Positions 40,682 through 50,363 of a stretch of 64,000 nucleotides of DNA are shown here, piece by piece. A model generated the notes under the pieces. The model worked only from the letters and a program-made list of their open reading frames with translations. It searched no databases and was not told the origin of the DNA. Numbering within the stretch: the first letter of the stretch is position 1; each line of letters starts with the position of its first letter. Source of the stretch: Nitrospirota bacterium (GTDB lineage Bacteria > Nitrospirota > UBA9217); NCBI GenBank assembly GCA_963751455.1, contig CAVVUN010000015.1, positions 448,001 to 512,000 of the forward strand. The letters run 5' to 3'. A program made the translations under genes and the position numbers.

Positions 40682-41782
40682 TCAGCTGGCGCCGGTCAGT
40701 TCGTTCATGAGCGTCTTTACGGAGATGATTTTATCGATGCGGAACGCATTTGATCCGACCGTATAGAGCGGTTCTTCCTCGGTAGAATTGTACCCGCTTG
40801 AGCTCAGCAGCCCGTTGCAGATGCAGAAGTAATTCTGATTGTCTTCCTTTGCGGGACACACAGAGAATTTGCCTTCGGCATCCTTCATGAGAACATATCC
40901 CTTATCGCATTTCGGCTTCCTCATATGCTTGAGCGATGAAACATACATAGCGGACTGCTTGATCACCCGGAAGGGAAGGCCACACGGAGATCCGGGGCGG
41001 TGGGCTACGACAATATCCTCTTCTTTTGCCATGACCACCGCCTGTTTGTAGGCCTCGGTGGCGCTGCTTTCCTCGGTTGCAAGAAACCGGGTACCCATCT
41101 GAACCCCGTCTGCGCCCATCATCATGAATTTCGTGATGTCATCGTACGTGTAGATGCCGCCCGCTACGATTACCGGAAAATCACCGCACTTTACAGCCAT
41201 TTCCTTGACAGGCGGTAAAAGGTTTTCGAGCTTGTTCGTTGCAAGCTCTACCTGCTCAATCCGGAAACCGAGGTGGCCGCCTGCCAGAGGGCCTTCCAGC
41301 ACTACGGCGTCGGGCCGGTACCCCAATTTTTCCCATTTTTTACAGATAATCTCGAGAGCGCGGGCCGACGAGACTATAGGAATAAGCGCCGTATCCTTCG
41401 GCGGTTGTATTGCAGGAAGGTTCAACGGAAGCCCGGCGCCGGAGATAATTGCATCGGCCCCCGCATCAAGCGCTCCCTTGACCGAGTCGTTGAAATCCCG
41501 GACTAGTGCGGCCATGATGTTGATACCTGCGAACCCATTCTTGATCTTCGAGAGAGATATCTCTTCGTAGGCCGCATCATATGTATTTACTTTTTTCCCC
41601 CGCCTCTTCGAAACCAGGCGATCAATACAAGCGCTCGATACGATTCCGAGACCGCCTTCGCGCGCAACCGCGTTCGCGAGAGGGTGCAAGGACACTCCCA
41701 CACCCATCCCGCCCTGAATGATGGGAATCCTGATTTTTTTTCCTTTGATAACGAGCGGCTTTAATGCTGTCTGAGACTTCAA
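40682..41782 (-). CDS. Nitronate monooxygenase/FabK-like flavoprotein
   Basis: PIIQGGMGVG, EGPLAGGH, VQMGTRF, C-terminal Cys cluster. Confidence 0.88.
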   Translation of the reverse strand: MKSQTALKPLVIKGKKIRIPIIQGGMGVGVSLHPLANAVAREGGLGIVSSACIDRLVSKRRGKKVNTYDAAYEEISLSKIKNGFAGINIMAALVRDFNDSVKGALDAGADAIISGAGLPLNLPAIQPPKDTALIPIVSSARALEIICKKWEKLGYRPDAVVLEGPLAGGHLGFRIEQVELATNKLENLLPPVKEMAVKCGDFPVIVAGGIYTYDDITKFMMMGADGVQMGTRFLATEESSATEAYKQAVVMAKEEDIVVAHRPGSPCGLPFRVIKQSAMYVSSLKHMRKPKCDKGYVLMKDAEGKFSVCPAKEDNQNYFCICNGLLSSSGYNSTEEEPLYTVGSNAFRIDKIISVKTLMNELTGAS

Positions 41783-42180
41783 ATTGCCCCCTTAAAATAT
41801 TAAACGCAGACCGTATTTAAGAAAATGCACGCTGGGATCGCGGCCTGCGTAGAACGGTGCTAAAACACACAAATTATAACATAACCGCCGTTTTTATACA
41901 ACGAGGAATTTCAATTTTATTCTTATCCCCATAAAAGATTCGACGAAAAAAGTCCTCATTCTCCATTGGGAAATCAGTATTTTTTTGCGTTAGCAGAGAG
42001 CTTTTTTGTTCCTTTATAAGTCTATTTCTTTCGAACCAATGGCTACAGATAGACTAAAATATACTTGTTTTTCAAATACATACTCCGTCAGCTTCGATCT
42101 TTGTATTTTTGTATTGACGCTGACTATACGAAGAGTTATTATCGTACGTCTTTATCATCAAGAAAAGAGTTCAATTTATC

Positions 42181-42864
42181 ATGTTCTTTGTTTTCCTGGC
42201 AATCGGCCTTGTCCTTATTCCATCTGCCGCTTTAGCATGGGGCCCGCTTACTCACATTTTCCTCGGGAATGAACTTCTGGCGTGCGCCCCTTTGATCCCC
42301 GCCGGCATCCTTGCGCTTATCAAAAAACACAAGCAGGATTATCTTTACGGGAATCTAATGGCCGACATCATCATTGGGAAAAAATATCTTCCTGATGACA
42401 AAACCTCTCATTCATGGGATGTCGGGTTGAAACTTCTCGATCAGGCCAAGTCATGGCCTGAGCGCTCCTTTGCCTACGGTTATCTGTGCCATCTCGCCGC
42501 CGATACCGTCTGTCATGAGACGTTGACCGACGAAAAGGGAAATATGGGGCATACCTGGGTGGAAGTCAAAGCGGATAGTCTGATCGACAAGGCGTATTGG
42601 ATCCAGACTTTGAACATCAGCAAGGCCGTCCGAAAACGCAGCGACCTGCTACTCGAAAACTCGCTCGACCGTTTTCTGTTCTCCTTCAACACGAACAGGA
42701 TAATCTACAAAAGCATCGTATTTCTTTCGTTCCTGAATAAGAAACGCCGACGCGGCGTGGACCGGGAACTCATTCACGAACTCCACGAAGAATCGATCGC
42801 ACGGATGATTGATCTGCTCCAGAAAGGCACCGACTCCGCCGTGCTTGCCAAAAACCCTCTCTAA
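42181..42864 (+). CDS. Zinc-dependent phospholipase C family protein
   Basis: ALAWGPLTH, GYLCHLAADTVCH, HTWVE. Confidence 0.85.
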   Translation: MFFVFLAIGLVLIPSAALAWGPLTHIFLGNELLACAPLIPAGILALIKKHKQDYLYGNLMADIIIGKKYLPDDKTSHSWDVGLKLLDQAKSWPERSFAYGYLCHLAADTVCHETLTDEKGNMGHTWVEVKADSLIDKAYWIQTLNISKAVRKRSDLLLENSLDRFLFSFNTNRIIYKSIVFLSFLNKKRRRGVDRELIHELHEESIARMIDLLQKGTDSAVLAKNPL

Positions 42865-43039
42865 AACCGCTGGTTTATGTTGTTTTTTGCGTTATTCGGC
42901 AATTTAATGGAAATCCGCCTTTTTCCCGTGTTTCTCTAAAGTTTTCTATGATATTATTCTTCAGAGGCTGCCTGTTGCTTAGCGCTGCTTCTTTTTTGTG
43001 GTGCAGCACCGGCATTGGACATTGGTAAAGGAGGCGGGT

Positions 43040-43522
43040 ATGGAAGTTACAACGGTAAAAGTGGACGTACCGGAAGAGTGCAGCATGATTCTCGGACAGA
43101 CCCACTTTATTAAAACAGCGGAGGATCTCTACGAAATTATCGCAACAAGCGTGCCCCAGGCACGGTTCGGCATAGCCTTTACCGAGGCGTCAGGCCCATG
43201 TCTTATACGGACCGAAGGGAATGAGGCTGAACTTATATCCGCGTCCGTGAAGACGCTGGAAAAGATCGGCGCAGGCCATGTGTTCTGCATATTCCTTAAG
43301 AATGCCTTTCCCATCAATGTCCTGACGCAGATCAAAAACTGTCCGGAAGTGTGCGGCATCTTTTGCGCTACTGCGAACCCGGTTGAAGTGATAACAGCAT
43401 CCACGGCACAGGGTAAAGGAATACTCGGCGTCATAGACGGCTTCCTCCCGAAGGGCGTCGAAACCCCGGCAGATAAGGTTGCTCGAAAAGAATTCCTGAG
43501 GAAACTAGGGTACAAATTGTAG
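43040..43522 (+). CDS. Adenosine-specific kinase family protein
   Basis: GQTHFIKTAEDL, FTEASGPCL, CATANP, LGVIDG. Confidence 0.9.
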   Translation: MEVTTVKVDVPEECSMILGQTHFIKTAEDLYEIIATSVPQARFGIAFTEASGPCLIRTEGNEAELISASVKTLEKIGAGHVFCIFLKNAFPINVLTQIKNCPEVCGIFCATANPVEVITASTAQGKGILGVIDGFLPKGVETPADKVARKEFLRKLGYKL

Positions 43523-43659
43523 CGACAACAGTACCGCAACACATAGCTTTTTTATGGTTCCGCTAAAGAAAAAGGTGCTTGCAAATTTACTTGAAAAGCA
43601 TTAAACTCCGAAAATTATAAAAGCTGCTTTAGTACATTTTTTGGAACAGGAGAGTGATC

Positions 43660-44400
43660 ATGAAACGAATTATTACCTCAGTAACAAGTGCTTTACTCGT
43701 TATTTTGATTTATGGTAATGGCTACTCCGTTGAGACAAAACCGCCTGTAGCGCCGCCGCAACAGCGTGACGCGGACGAATTGTCGCTCTCGGGAAAAGTG
43801 ATTGAAACCATGAACGGCGGTTCATATACGTATGTGTGTCTTGAGAAAAAAGGCAAAAAGACCTGGGTTGCCGTTCCGATGATGGAGGTCAAGGTAGGAC
43901 AGAATATGGCGTTTGTGCCCGGCTCCGAAATGAGAAACTTCAGCAGTAAGACGCTTAACAGGACGTTCGAGAGCATCTATTTCTCCGGCGGACCCCTTGC
44001 AATATCGGCTACGAAGACGGCATCCGCACCACACGACGGCAGCAAATCTACGGCTGCTCCGGCAGCGGGCGGGAAGATCTCCGTTGAAAAAGCCGCCGGT
44101 CCCGACGCGTATACGATCGGCGAAATTTTCGCCAAAAAGAAATCTCTGGATAAGAAAACAGCTGTTGTCCGGGGCAAAGTTGTGAAGGTCTCTTCCGGAA
44201 TCATGGGGAAGAACTGGTTCCATATTCAGGATGGGACCGGTGATTCCGCCAAAAAGACCCACAACCTCGTGGTTACTTCCCAGGATTCGCCGGCAGTCGG
44301 AGATGTCGTAATCGTAAAAGGCACTCTCTACAAAGACAAGGATTTCGGCGCAGGCTATAAATACGATATTATCATGGAGCAGGCAAAAATCCAGCGCTAA
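43660..44400 (+). CDS. Exported OB-fold protein
   Basis: Signal peptide; GKVIETMNGGSYTYV; IMGKNWFHIQDGTG; DKDFGAGYKY. Confidence 0.75.
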   Translation: MKRIITSVTSALLVILIYGNGYSVETKPPVAPPQQRDADELSLSGKVIETMNGGSYTYVCLEKKGKKTWVAVPMMEVKVGQNMAFVPGSEMRNFSSKTLNRTFESIYFSGGPLAISATKTASAPHDGSKSTAAPAAGGKISVEKAAGPDAYTIGEIFAKKKSLDKKTAVVRGKVVKVSSGIMGKNWFHIQDGTGDSAKKTHNLVVTSQDSPAVGDVVIVKGTLYKDKDFGAGYKYDIIMEQAKIQR

Positions 44401-44960
44401 AACTGAGGAAGCGATATGACAAGCCGGCGTGCAGTTGCGCCGGCTTGTCTGCTACCCGGTGCTTTTAAGAGATGCGTAAAACAAAGCTTGACAAATTGCC
44501 GATTTTGATTGAAAATCATGTTGTCATCGCCGGTTCGTATTTCGCTGAACGGCGTATCGATGTTTGACAGCAAATAGCGGTAATCGGGCGTTTCTAAGTA
44601 GTTTTTTTTTTATCCCATCTGACCGTCACTCAAAGTCGTCCCTCGTCCATTCACGGGTCTTTATCGCAATCCGAAAACCATAACCGGATTCACCCTATTT
44701 ACCCTATTAAGGCGGCAAGTTTCCAGGTCGGCAGTCCCGACAAGGCGGTCCCGGCGGATAAAGCCCTTTTCGCAAATCCTCGATATGCCGCCCGCAGCAT
44801 AAAGCACAGAGGGCATGTATGGTGTCAGGCGGCAACATGGGATCATTGTTCGCATCACAAAAATTGTTCTCCAACAGGGTTTACTTTTTCCCGCCGATTG
44901 TGCATAATACTCTTCCATGCCAATCGCGATGCAGCGCGCTGCGAAACTAAGGAGATATAC

Positions 44961-46745
44961 ATGAACGGATCCAGTAACCAAAAATTAAACATGTGGGTAC
45001 GCGAGGCTGCGGATTTATGCAAGCCCGACGCGGTGCACTGGTGCGACGGGTCGAAGGCTGAGTACGACAAAATGATGCAGATCATGCGGGAACGCGGGAT
45101 GGCGATCCCGCTCGGCAAACGGCCCAACAGTTATCTTTTTCGTTCGGATCCGAGCGACGTGGCACGCGTGGAAGACCGGACCTTCATAAGCACTTCATCA
45201 AAAGAAGAGGCCGGGCCCACGAACAACTGGGTTCACCCGGATGAACTCAAGAAAACAATGCGGGGGCTGTACAAGGGCTGCATGAAGGGCCGTATAATGT
45301 ATGTAATTCCGTTCTCCATGGGCCCCATCGGCTCCCCGATATCCAAAATAGGCGTCGAGCTGACAGACAGCCCGTATGTTGTCTGCAATATGCACCTAAT
45401 GACCCGGGTCGGCGCCAGCGTACTTGAAGTGCTCGGAGCGGACGGGGAGTTTATTCCGTGCCTGCATTCGATCGGCGCGCCTCTTGCTCCGGGCAGGAAG
45501 GACACGGCATGGCCTTGTGCCCCGATTGAAAAGAAATACATAAGCCATTTCCCCGAGGAGAACCTGATCTGGTCGTACGGGTCCGGGTACGGAGGCAATG
45601 CGTTGCTCGGAAAGAAATGTCTTGCGCTCAGGATTGCCTCGACCATGGCCAGAAGGGAAGGTTGGATGGCGGAACATATGCTGATCCTCCGCTTGACAAG
45701 TCCCGAAGGGAAGCACTATCACATTGCCGCCGCATTTCCATCCGCCTGCGGCAAGACCAACCTGGCAATGATGCAGCCCGCGGTCCCGGGCTGGAAATGC
45801 GAATGCATCGGCGACGATATCGCCTGGATGAAGGTGAAGGATGACGGCCGTCTCTATGCAATCAATCCGGAAAGCGGTTTCTTCGGCGTGGCGCCCGGGA
45901 CATCGTACAGCACGAATCCCATGGCGATGGACACCCTGAAGGAGAATGTCATCTTCACGAACTGCGCTTTGACGGACGACGGCGATGTATGGTGGGAAGG
46001 CATGACCGACGAGTCGCCGTCACACGCCATAGATTGGAAAGGCCGGGACTGGACGCCTGCCAGCGCCGAGGACGCTGCGCATCCCAACGCGCGCTTTACC
46101 GCGCCTGCATCGCAATGTCCCGTCATCTGTAAGGACTGGGAAAACCCGCAGGGCGTACCGATCGACATCTTTATCTTCGGCGGACGCAGGACGAGCGTAG
46201 TGCCGCTCGTGACCGAGGCTTTTTCCTGGGACCACGGGGTGTTCCTCGGTGCGACAGCGGCTTCGGAGACCACATCCGCGAACATCGGAGCAGTCGGAAA
46301 CCTCCGGCGTGATCCCTTTGCCATGAAGCCGTTCCTCGCATACCACATGGGCGACTACTTTCAACACTGGCTCGCGATGGGCGACCGGCTTGGTCCGAAG
46401 GCGCCAAGGATCTTTTACGTGAACTGGTTCCGGAAGAGCGGCGAGGGCAAATTCCTCTGGCCGGGCTTCAGCGATAACAGCCGGGTGCTCAAGTGGATAT
46501 GTGAACGCGTGGACGGAAAAAGAGACGCGAAGAAGACGCCGATCGGGTTGATGCCGAAGGATGGAGACCTCGACCTGCGCGGACTTGATATTGCATCCGA
46601 CGACATGAAGGCGCTTATGGATGTGGATGTGAAGGCGTGGAAGGCGGAGATTCCGGACATCGAGAAGCACTTCGCGCTCTTCGGAAAACGCCTGCCGGAG
46701 CGGCTCAAAAAGCAGCTCGAGGAGCTCAGGAAACGGCTGGGATAA
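44961..46745 (+). CDS. pckG: Phosphoenolpyruvate carboxykinase (GTP)
   Basis: [44 protein letters not shown]. Confidence 0.97.
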   Translation: MNGSSNQKLNMWVREAADLCKPDAVHWCDGSKAEYDKMMQIMRERGMAIPLGKRPNSYLFRSDPSDVARVEDRTFISTSSKEEAGPTNNWVHPDELKKTMRGLYKGCMKGRIMYVIPFSMGPIGSPISKIGVELTDSPYVVCNMHLMTRVGASVLEVLGADGEFIPCLHSIGAPLAPGRKDTAWPCAPIEKKYISHFPEENLIWSYGSGYGGNALLGKKCLALRIASTMARREGWMAEHMLILRLTSPEGKHYHIAAAFPSACGKTNLAMMQPAVPGWKCECIGDDIAWMKVKDDGRLYAINPESGFFGVAPGTSYSTNPMAMDTLKENVIFTNCALTDDGDVWWEGMTDESPSHAIDWKGRDWTPASAEDAAHPNARFTAPASQCPVICKDWENPQGVPIDIFIFGGRRTSVVPLVTEAFSWDHGVFLGATAASETTSANIGAVGNLRRDPFAMKPFLAYHMGDYFQHWLAMGDRLGPKAPRIFYVNWFRKSGEGKFLWPGFSDNSRVLKWICERVDGKRDAKKTPIGLMPKDGDLDLRGLDIASDDMKALMDVDVKAWKAEIPDIEKHFALFGKRLPERLKKQLEELRKRLG

Positions 46746-46950
46746 AAAGCCTCCACGGTGAGAAGACACAGGGGGCGGTCCTGAAGGTTACGAAACCCGT
46801 TTCGTCAAACGTCTAGATAACGGCAAAAGCAAAAAGGACGAACGACGTAACCGTCTAACGAAACGGGTATCGTCGCCGTTACTTGTTGATTCAGCTCGTC
46901 CAGGATCAGGATTTGGAAGCTGATACCTTGAGATTTCCCTTTTTATTAAC

Positions 46951-48720
46951 ATGGATCCTTCAACCATAAAAGATGCGTGGGGAACGCCGTCCTCTCGAAG
47001 ACGCACCGAAAAAAACCCTCCCCATAAAGCGCTCATAAACGTTCTGGGCGTTGTTTATCTCCACACCAAAACAGAGGACGGGGGAGACCTGTATCTAACT
47101 CCGTTTGCCGTGGCCCGCCACAAATTTCTCGAGATCAAAAACTGGTACGAGCATAAGTGGTTTACGAAGCACCGGGTACGTCTTCTAGGGACGAGCTCCG
47201 TGTACCGCGTCCCTACCAGGCGCGTAGACGGCGAGCGGCTCGACCTTGTCGTCAAAAACTGCCGCGTCGGCGAAGACGTTCCTCTCAATACGCACACGCT
47301 GCAGGAGTTCTGCAACGCGGAGTTCAACAGCCCCTGGGAGGAGTTTGCTCTCGTCATGGAAATGGCCGAGAAACAGCAGGGGCATCAGGACGGCAGGGTA
47401 AGGGCGCAGCTTCCGCTGGCGATATACATTCCTCCGCAGCGGATGCAGCTCTGGCAGAGCGGTCGATCCCGGTCTAAGATCAATCGGATCCGCGCGCGGC
47501 ATCCCGGCATCGACCTCGATATTCTCAAACAGTATAAGCTTATTTATGAATGGATCCGCGGCAAGAACCTGACTGAGATTTTCGAGCATATCAGGATGGA
47601 GCTTCCCGACGTCGTTTATCATCTCCAGGCGATGCAGAAGAAGGCCTTCGATGACCTGAGCGCAAAAGGTTATCTCATGGCAGATATAAAACCCGAGCAC
47701 GTAATTCTGGACGAGGAGGACTGCGCCCAAATCGAGAAACTCGGCAAGGGCCGGAATGGCGGCGCAGCCGCGAGACAGGTGGAGATGGTCTACGAGTTGC
47801 TGAATCAGGGGAAGTACTCGATGATCGATTACGAACTGCTGTTCAGGACTCCCGAGCATGAGGACCGGGTAAAATGCTCCCGGCGTCACTGCTACCTGGA
47901 TGATATGAGGGACCGGCTTGCACCGACGTCCCTGCCGTCCCACCTTACCCGCGTGGACATATACGGTGTGCCGTATATTTTCGGACGCGCTGAAAGCACG
48001 GGCGGCCGCATGTGGGTTGTCGGAAGAAATGCACGCCTGTTCGATTACTTTCTTCCCGAGCGCTGGCGCAAGACGCCCTCGCTCAGCCTGTCCAATACGA
48101 ACGAGGTTTTTTACACCGTGACCAAGGACAACATCCATCTGGTCTGGAAAACCTCGAGGGTGGGCGAGATCCCGGACAACAAATACAACGCTGAGGAAAT
48201 CGCGAAGGTCAAAGAATACGGGATTAACAGCCCGTTCGAAGAGTTCGCGATCTCTCAATCTCTCAACGAACAGGGGATCCATTCCGTATACGTACGCGCG
48301 GTATATATGACCGGCAGCGCCAAAGTGGAGCGGTCGATCGACCCCAGGAAGTTCGAGTCCCACAAGGCAATACTCGACAGCGACGGCAAACCTGTCCTCG
48401 ACGCAGGGCATAATTACATCACGATTCGCGGCTATTATAACGGACCGGACAAATGGGTGTCCGAACATCAGGACGCGTCGCTGCTCACCCCGCTTGATCT
48501 CGACAGGGCGGTACGGAAAAAGATCATCGATGAGTCTCAATGCAGAATTTACCTGGAGAAGGCGGTCGAGCGGCTGCGCGCAGCCGGCTATGACGGGTCG
48601 CTGCTCAAAGCGAACGACCTTCTCCTGGCTCTCGATGCCAAAGATGGGATAATGAAGGACGAAGCAGGCGAGCCGGACATCATCATATGCAATTTCGAAA
48701 TCCTCTGGAAGCTCAAATGA
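46951..48720 (+). CDS. Hypothetical protein with two tandem atypical kinase-like domains
   Basis: LVVKNCRVGE..NSPWEEFA repeated as LVWKTSRVGE..NSPFEEFA; DIKPEH and IDYE in the first domain. Confidence 0.7.
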   Translation: MDPSTIKDAWGTPSSRRRTEKNPPHKALINVLGVVYLHTKTEDGGDLYLTPFAVARHKFLEIKNWYEHKWFTKHRVRLLGTSSVYRVPTRRVDGERLDLVVKNCRVGEDVPLNTHTLQEFCNAEFNSPWEEFALVMEMAEKQQGHQDGRVRAQLPLAIYIPPQRMQLWQSGRSRSKINRIRARHPGIDLDILKQYKLIYEWIRGKNLTEIFEHIRMELPDVVYHLQAMQKKAFDDLSAKGYLMADIKPEHVILDEEDCAQIEKLGKGRNGGAAARQVEMVYELLNQGKYSMIDYELLFRTPEHEDRVKCSRRHCYLDDMRDRLAPTSLPSHLTRVDIYGVPYIFGRAESTGGRMWVVGRNARLFDYFLPERWRKTPSLSLSNTNEVFYTVTKDNIHLVWKTSRVGEIPDNKYNAEEIAKVKEYGINSPFEEFAISQSLNEQGIHSVYVRAVYMTGSAKVERSIDPRKFESHKAILDSDGKPVLDAGHNYITIRGYYNGPDKWVSEHQDASLLTPLDLDRAVRKKIIDESQCRIYLEKAVERLRAAGYDGSLLKANDLLLALDAKDGIMKDEAGEPDIIICNFEILWKLK

Positions 48721-48840
48721 GATCGACCACGAAGACACGAACAGAAAATTTTCGAATCCCTGTCAAACATCTCGATACCTTTCAATCTAAATTCCAAGTC
48801 TTTTGCCATATGCTTAATCGGTTCTAACGAGGCGACAGCG

Positions 48841-50292
48841 ATGACCGCAAACCAGACAGCTACCGCTTACGAGAAACGCTATCAGATACTGGCCGCAGTC
48901 ATGCTCGGCAGCGTTATGGGGCCCATCGACGCCAGCATCGTCAATGTCGTTCTTCCCACAATCGCCGAGTCCCTGGGCGCGGATGTTTCAAAGGCGCAAT
49001 GGGTGCCTATGGTGTACCTTCTCACGATCGGCAGTCTGCTCATGTTCTTCGGGCGTCTCGGGGACATCGTCGGCTACAAGAAGGTCTACTTATCAGGCCT
49101 TGCAGGCTTCGTGGTTACGTCGGGGTTATGCGGTCTTGCCCCGACGATAAAGCGGCTGATTGTATTCAGGGCTTTGCAGGGACTTTCCTCGGCCATGCTC
49201 ATGTCCATGCCTTTCGCGGTGATAACCGCTGCCTTCCCGCCCCAGCAGAGGGGTAAAGCGCTGGGCATCAACGCTATCGGCATCTCAGCCGGTCTTGCGA
49301 TAGGCCCCTCTCTGGGGGGTCTTCTTGCTTCCTCCTTCGGATGGCCCTCCGTGTTTTTGATCAATATTCCGATCGGAATCGCGGGTTTGCTCTGGGGAAG
49401 CCGCATTATTCCGGATGTCAAGGGAAGGCCCGCGAGAATAGATATACCAGGCGTCGTGCTCGGTTCTCTTTCCCTGGTGTTTCTGATTCTCCTCGTTAAT
49501 CACTTTCGAAATCCGGGGTTAACTTTCACGACCGGCGCAATGCTGCTTGCTGCGCTTGTGTGCGTAGTAGCTTTCCTTAAGGTAGAAAATAAAGTTCCCG
49601 AGCCTATGCTCCATCTCGGCCTTTTTAAAAGCGCTACCTTTTCTTTTGCCAATATCAGCGCTCTCCTCAATTTCATGTCGCAGTATATCATGGTCTTTCT
49701 CACTCCGTTCTTCCTCCAACGGGTTCTCCAACTCGGCCCAAACCGGGTCGGCCTTGTCATGACCTCATTCCCGCTTGCTGTCATGGCGGTCGCGCCGTTC
49801 AGCGGAGCATTGTCGGACCGGATCGGCACACGCAAGCTTGCCTTTACGGGAGCCGGACTGTGCGCCGTATCGCTCTTCCTCATGAGCCGCCTGCCGTCGT
49901 TCGCCGGCCCCGCCGATGTGGTCTGGAGAGTGGCGATATTCGGCCTGGGTACCGGCATCTTTCAATCTCCGAATAACAGCGCTGCAATGAGCAGCGTGCC
50001 GAAGCAGCACCTGGGAATCGCTTCCGGTATCCTGGCCACGGTGCGGACAACGGGCATGGTGCTGGGCATTGCGACGGCAGGGACAGTGCTGGCTGCTTTC
50101 GCCGAACCTTCGATACTGCAAAAAATATCCCTGGCCGGTTCCGACTCCGACAGCTTTATGACCGGGCTGCGCTATGCCTACCAGGCCGGAGGCATACTGA
50201 CAGCCCTGGCTGCCCTCACTTCCCTGCTCAAAAGCAGAGAAGAAAAAGACCTAAAACCGGCAAATAATTCTTTCCAGCCGCCGACTCCATGA
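48841..50292 (+). CDS. MFS DHA2 (EmrB/QacA-like) efflux transporter
   Basis: DASIVNVVLP, GRLGDIVGYK, GPSLGG, FLINIPIG; ~14 TM. Confidence 0.92.
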   Translation: MTANQTATAYEKRYQILAAVMLGSVMGPIDASIVNVVLPTIAESLGADVSKAQWVPMVYLLTIGSLLMFFGRLGDIVGYKKVYLSGLAGFVVTSGLCGLAPTIKRLIVFRALQGLSSAMLMSMPFAVITAAFPPQQRGKALGINAIGISAGLAIGPSLGGLLASSFGWPSVFLINIPIGIAGLLWGSRIIPDVKGRPARIDIPGVVLGSLSLVFLILLVNHFRNPGLTFTTGAMLLAALVCVVAFLKVENKVPEPMLHLGLFKSATFSFANISALLNFMSQYIMVFLTPFFLQRVLQLGPNRVGLVMTSFPLAVMAVAPFSGALSDRIGTRKLAFTGAGLCAVSLFLMSRLPSFAGPADVVWRVAIFGLGTGIFQSPNNSAAMSSVPKQHLGIASGILATVRTTGMVLGIATAGTVLAAFAEPSILQKISLAGSDSDSFMTGLRYAYQAGGILTALAALTSLLKSREEKDLKPANNSFQPPTP

Positions 50293-50363
50293 TCTCGGAA
50301 GTATCGTGTCAGCTTGACGCTGCGAGTTCATCACATGATCATGCATCTGCAAGGGTTTAAGAT

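Noticed and set aside
47185-48738. 517-aa minus-strand ORF and other long shadow ORFs
   Set aside because: Antisense to well-formed genes, with no recognisable motifs; expected from GC3-rich codon usage.
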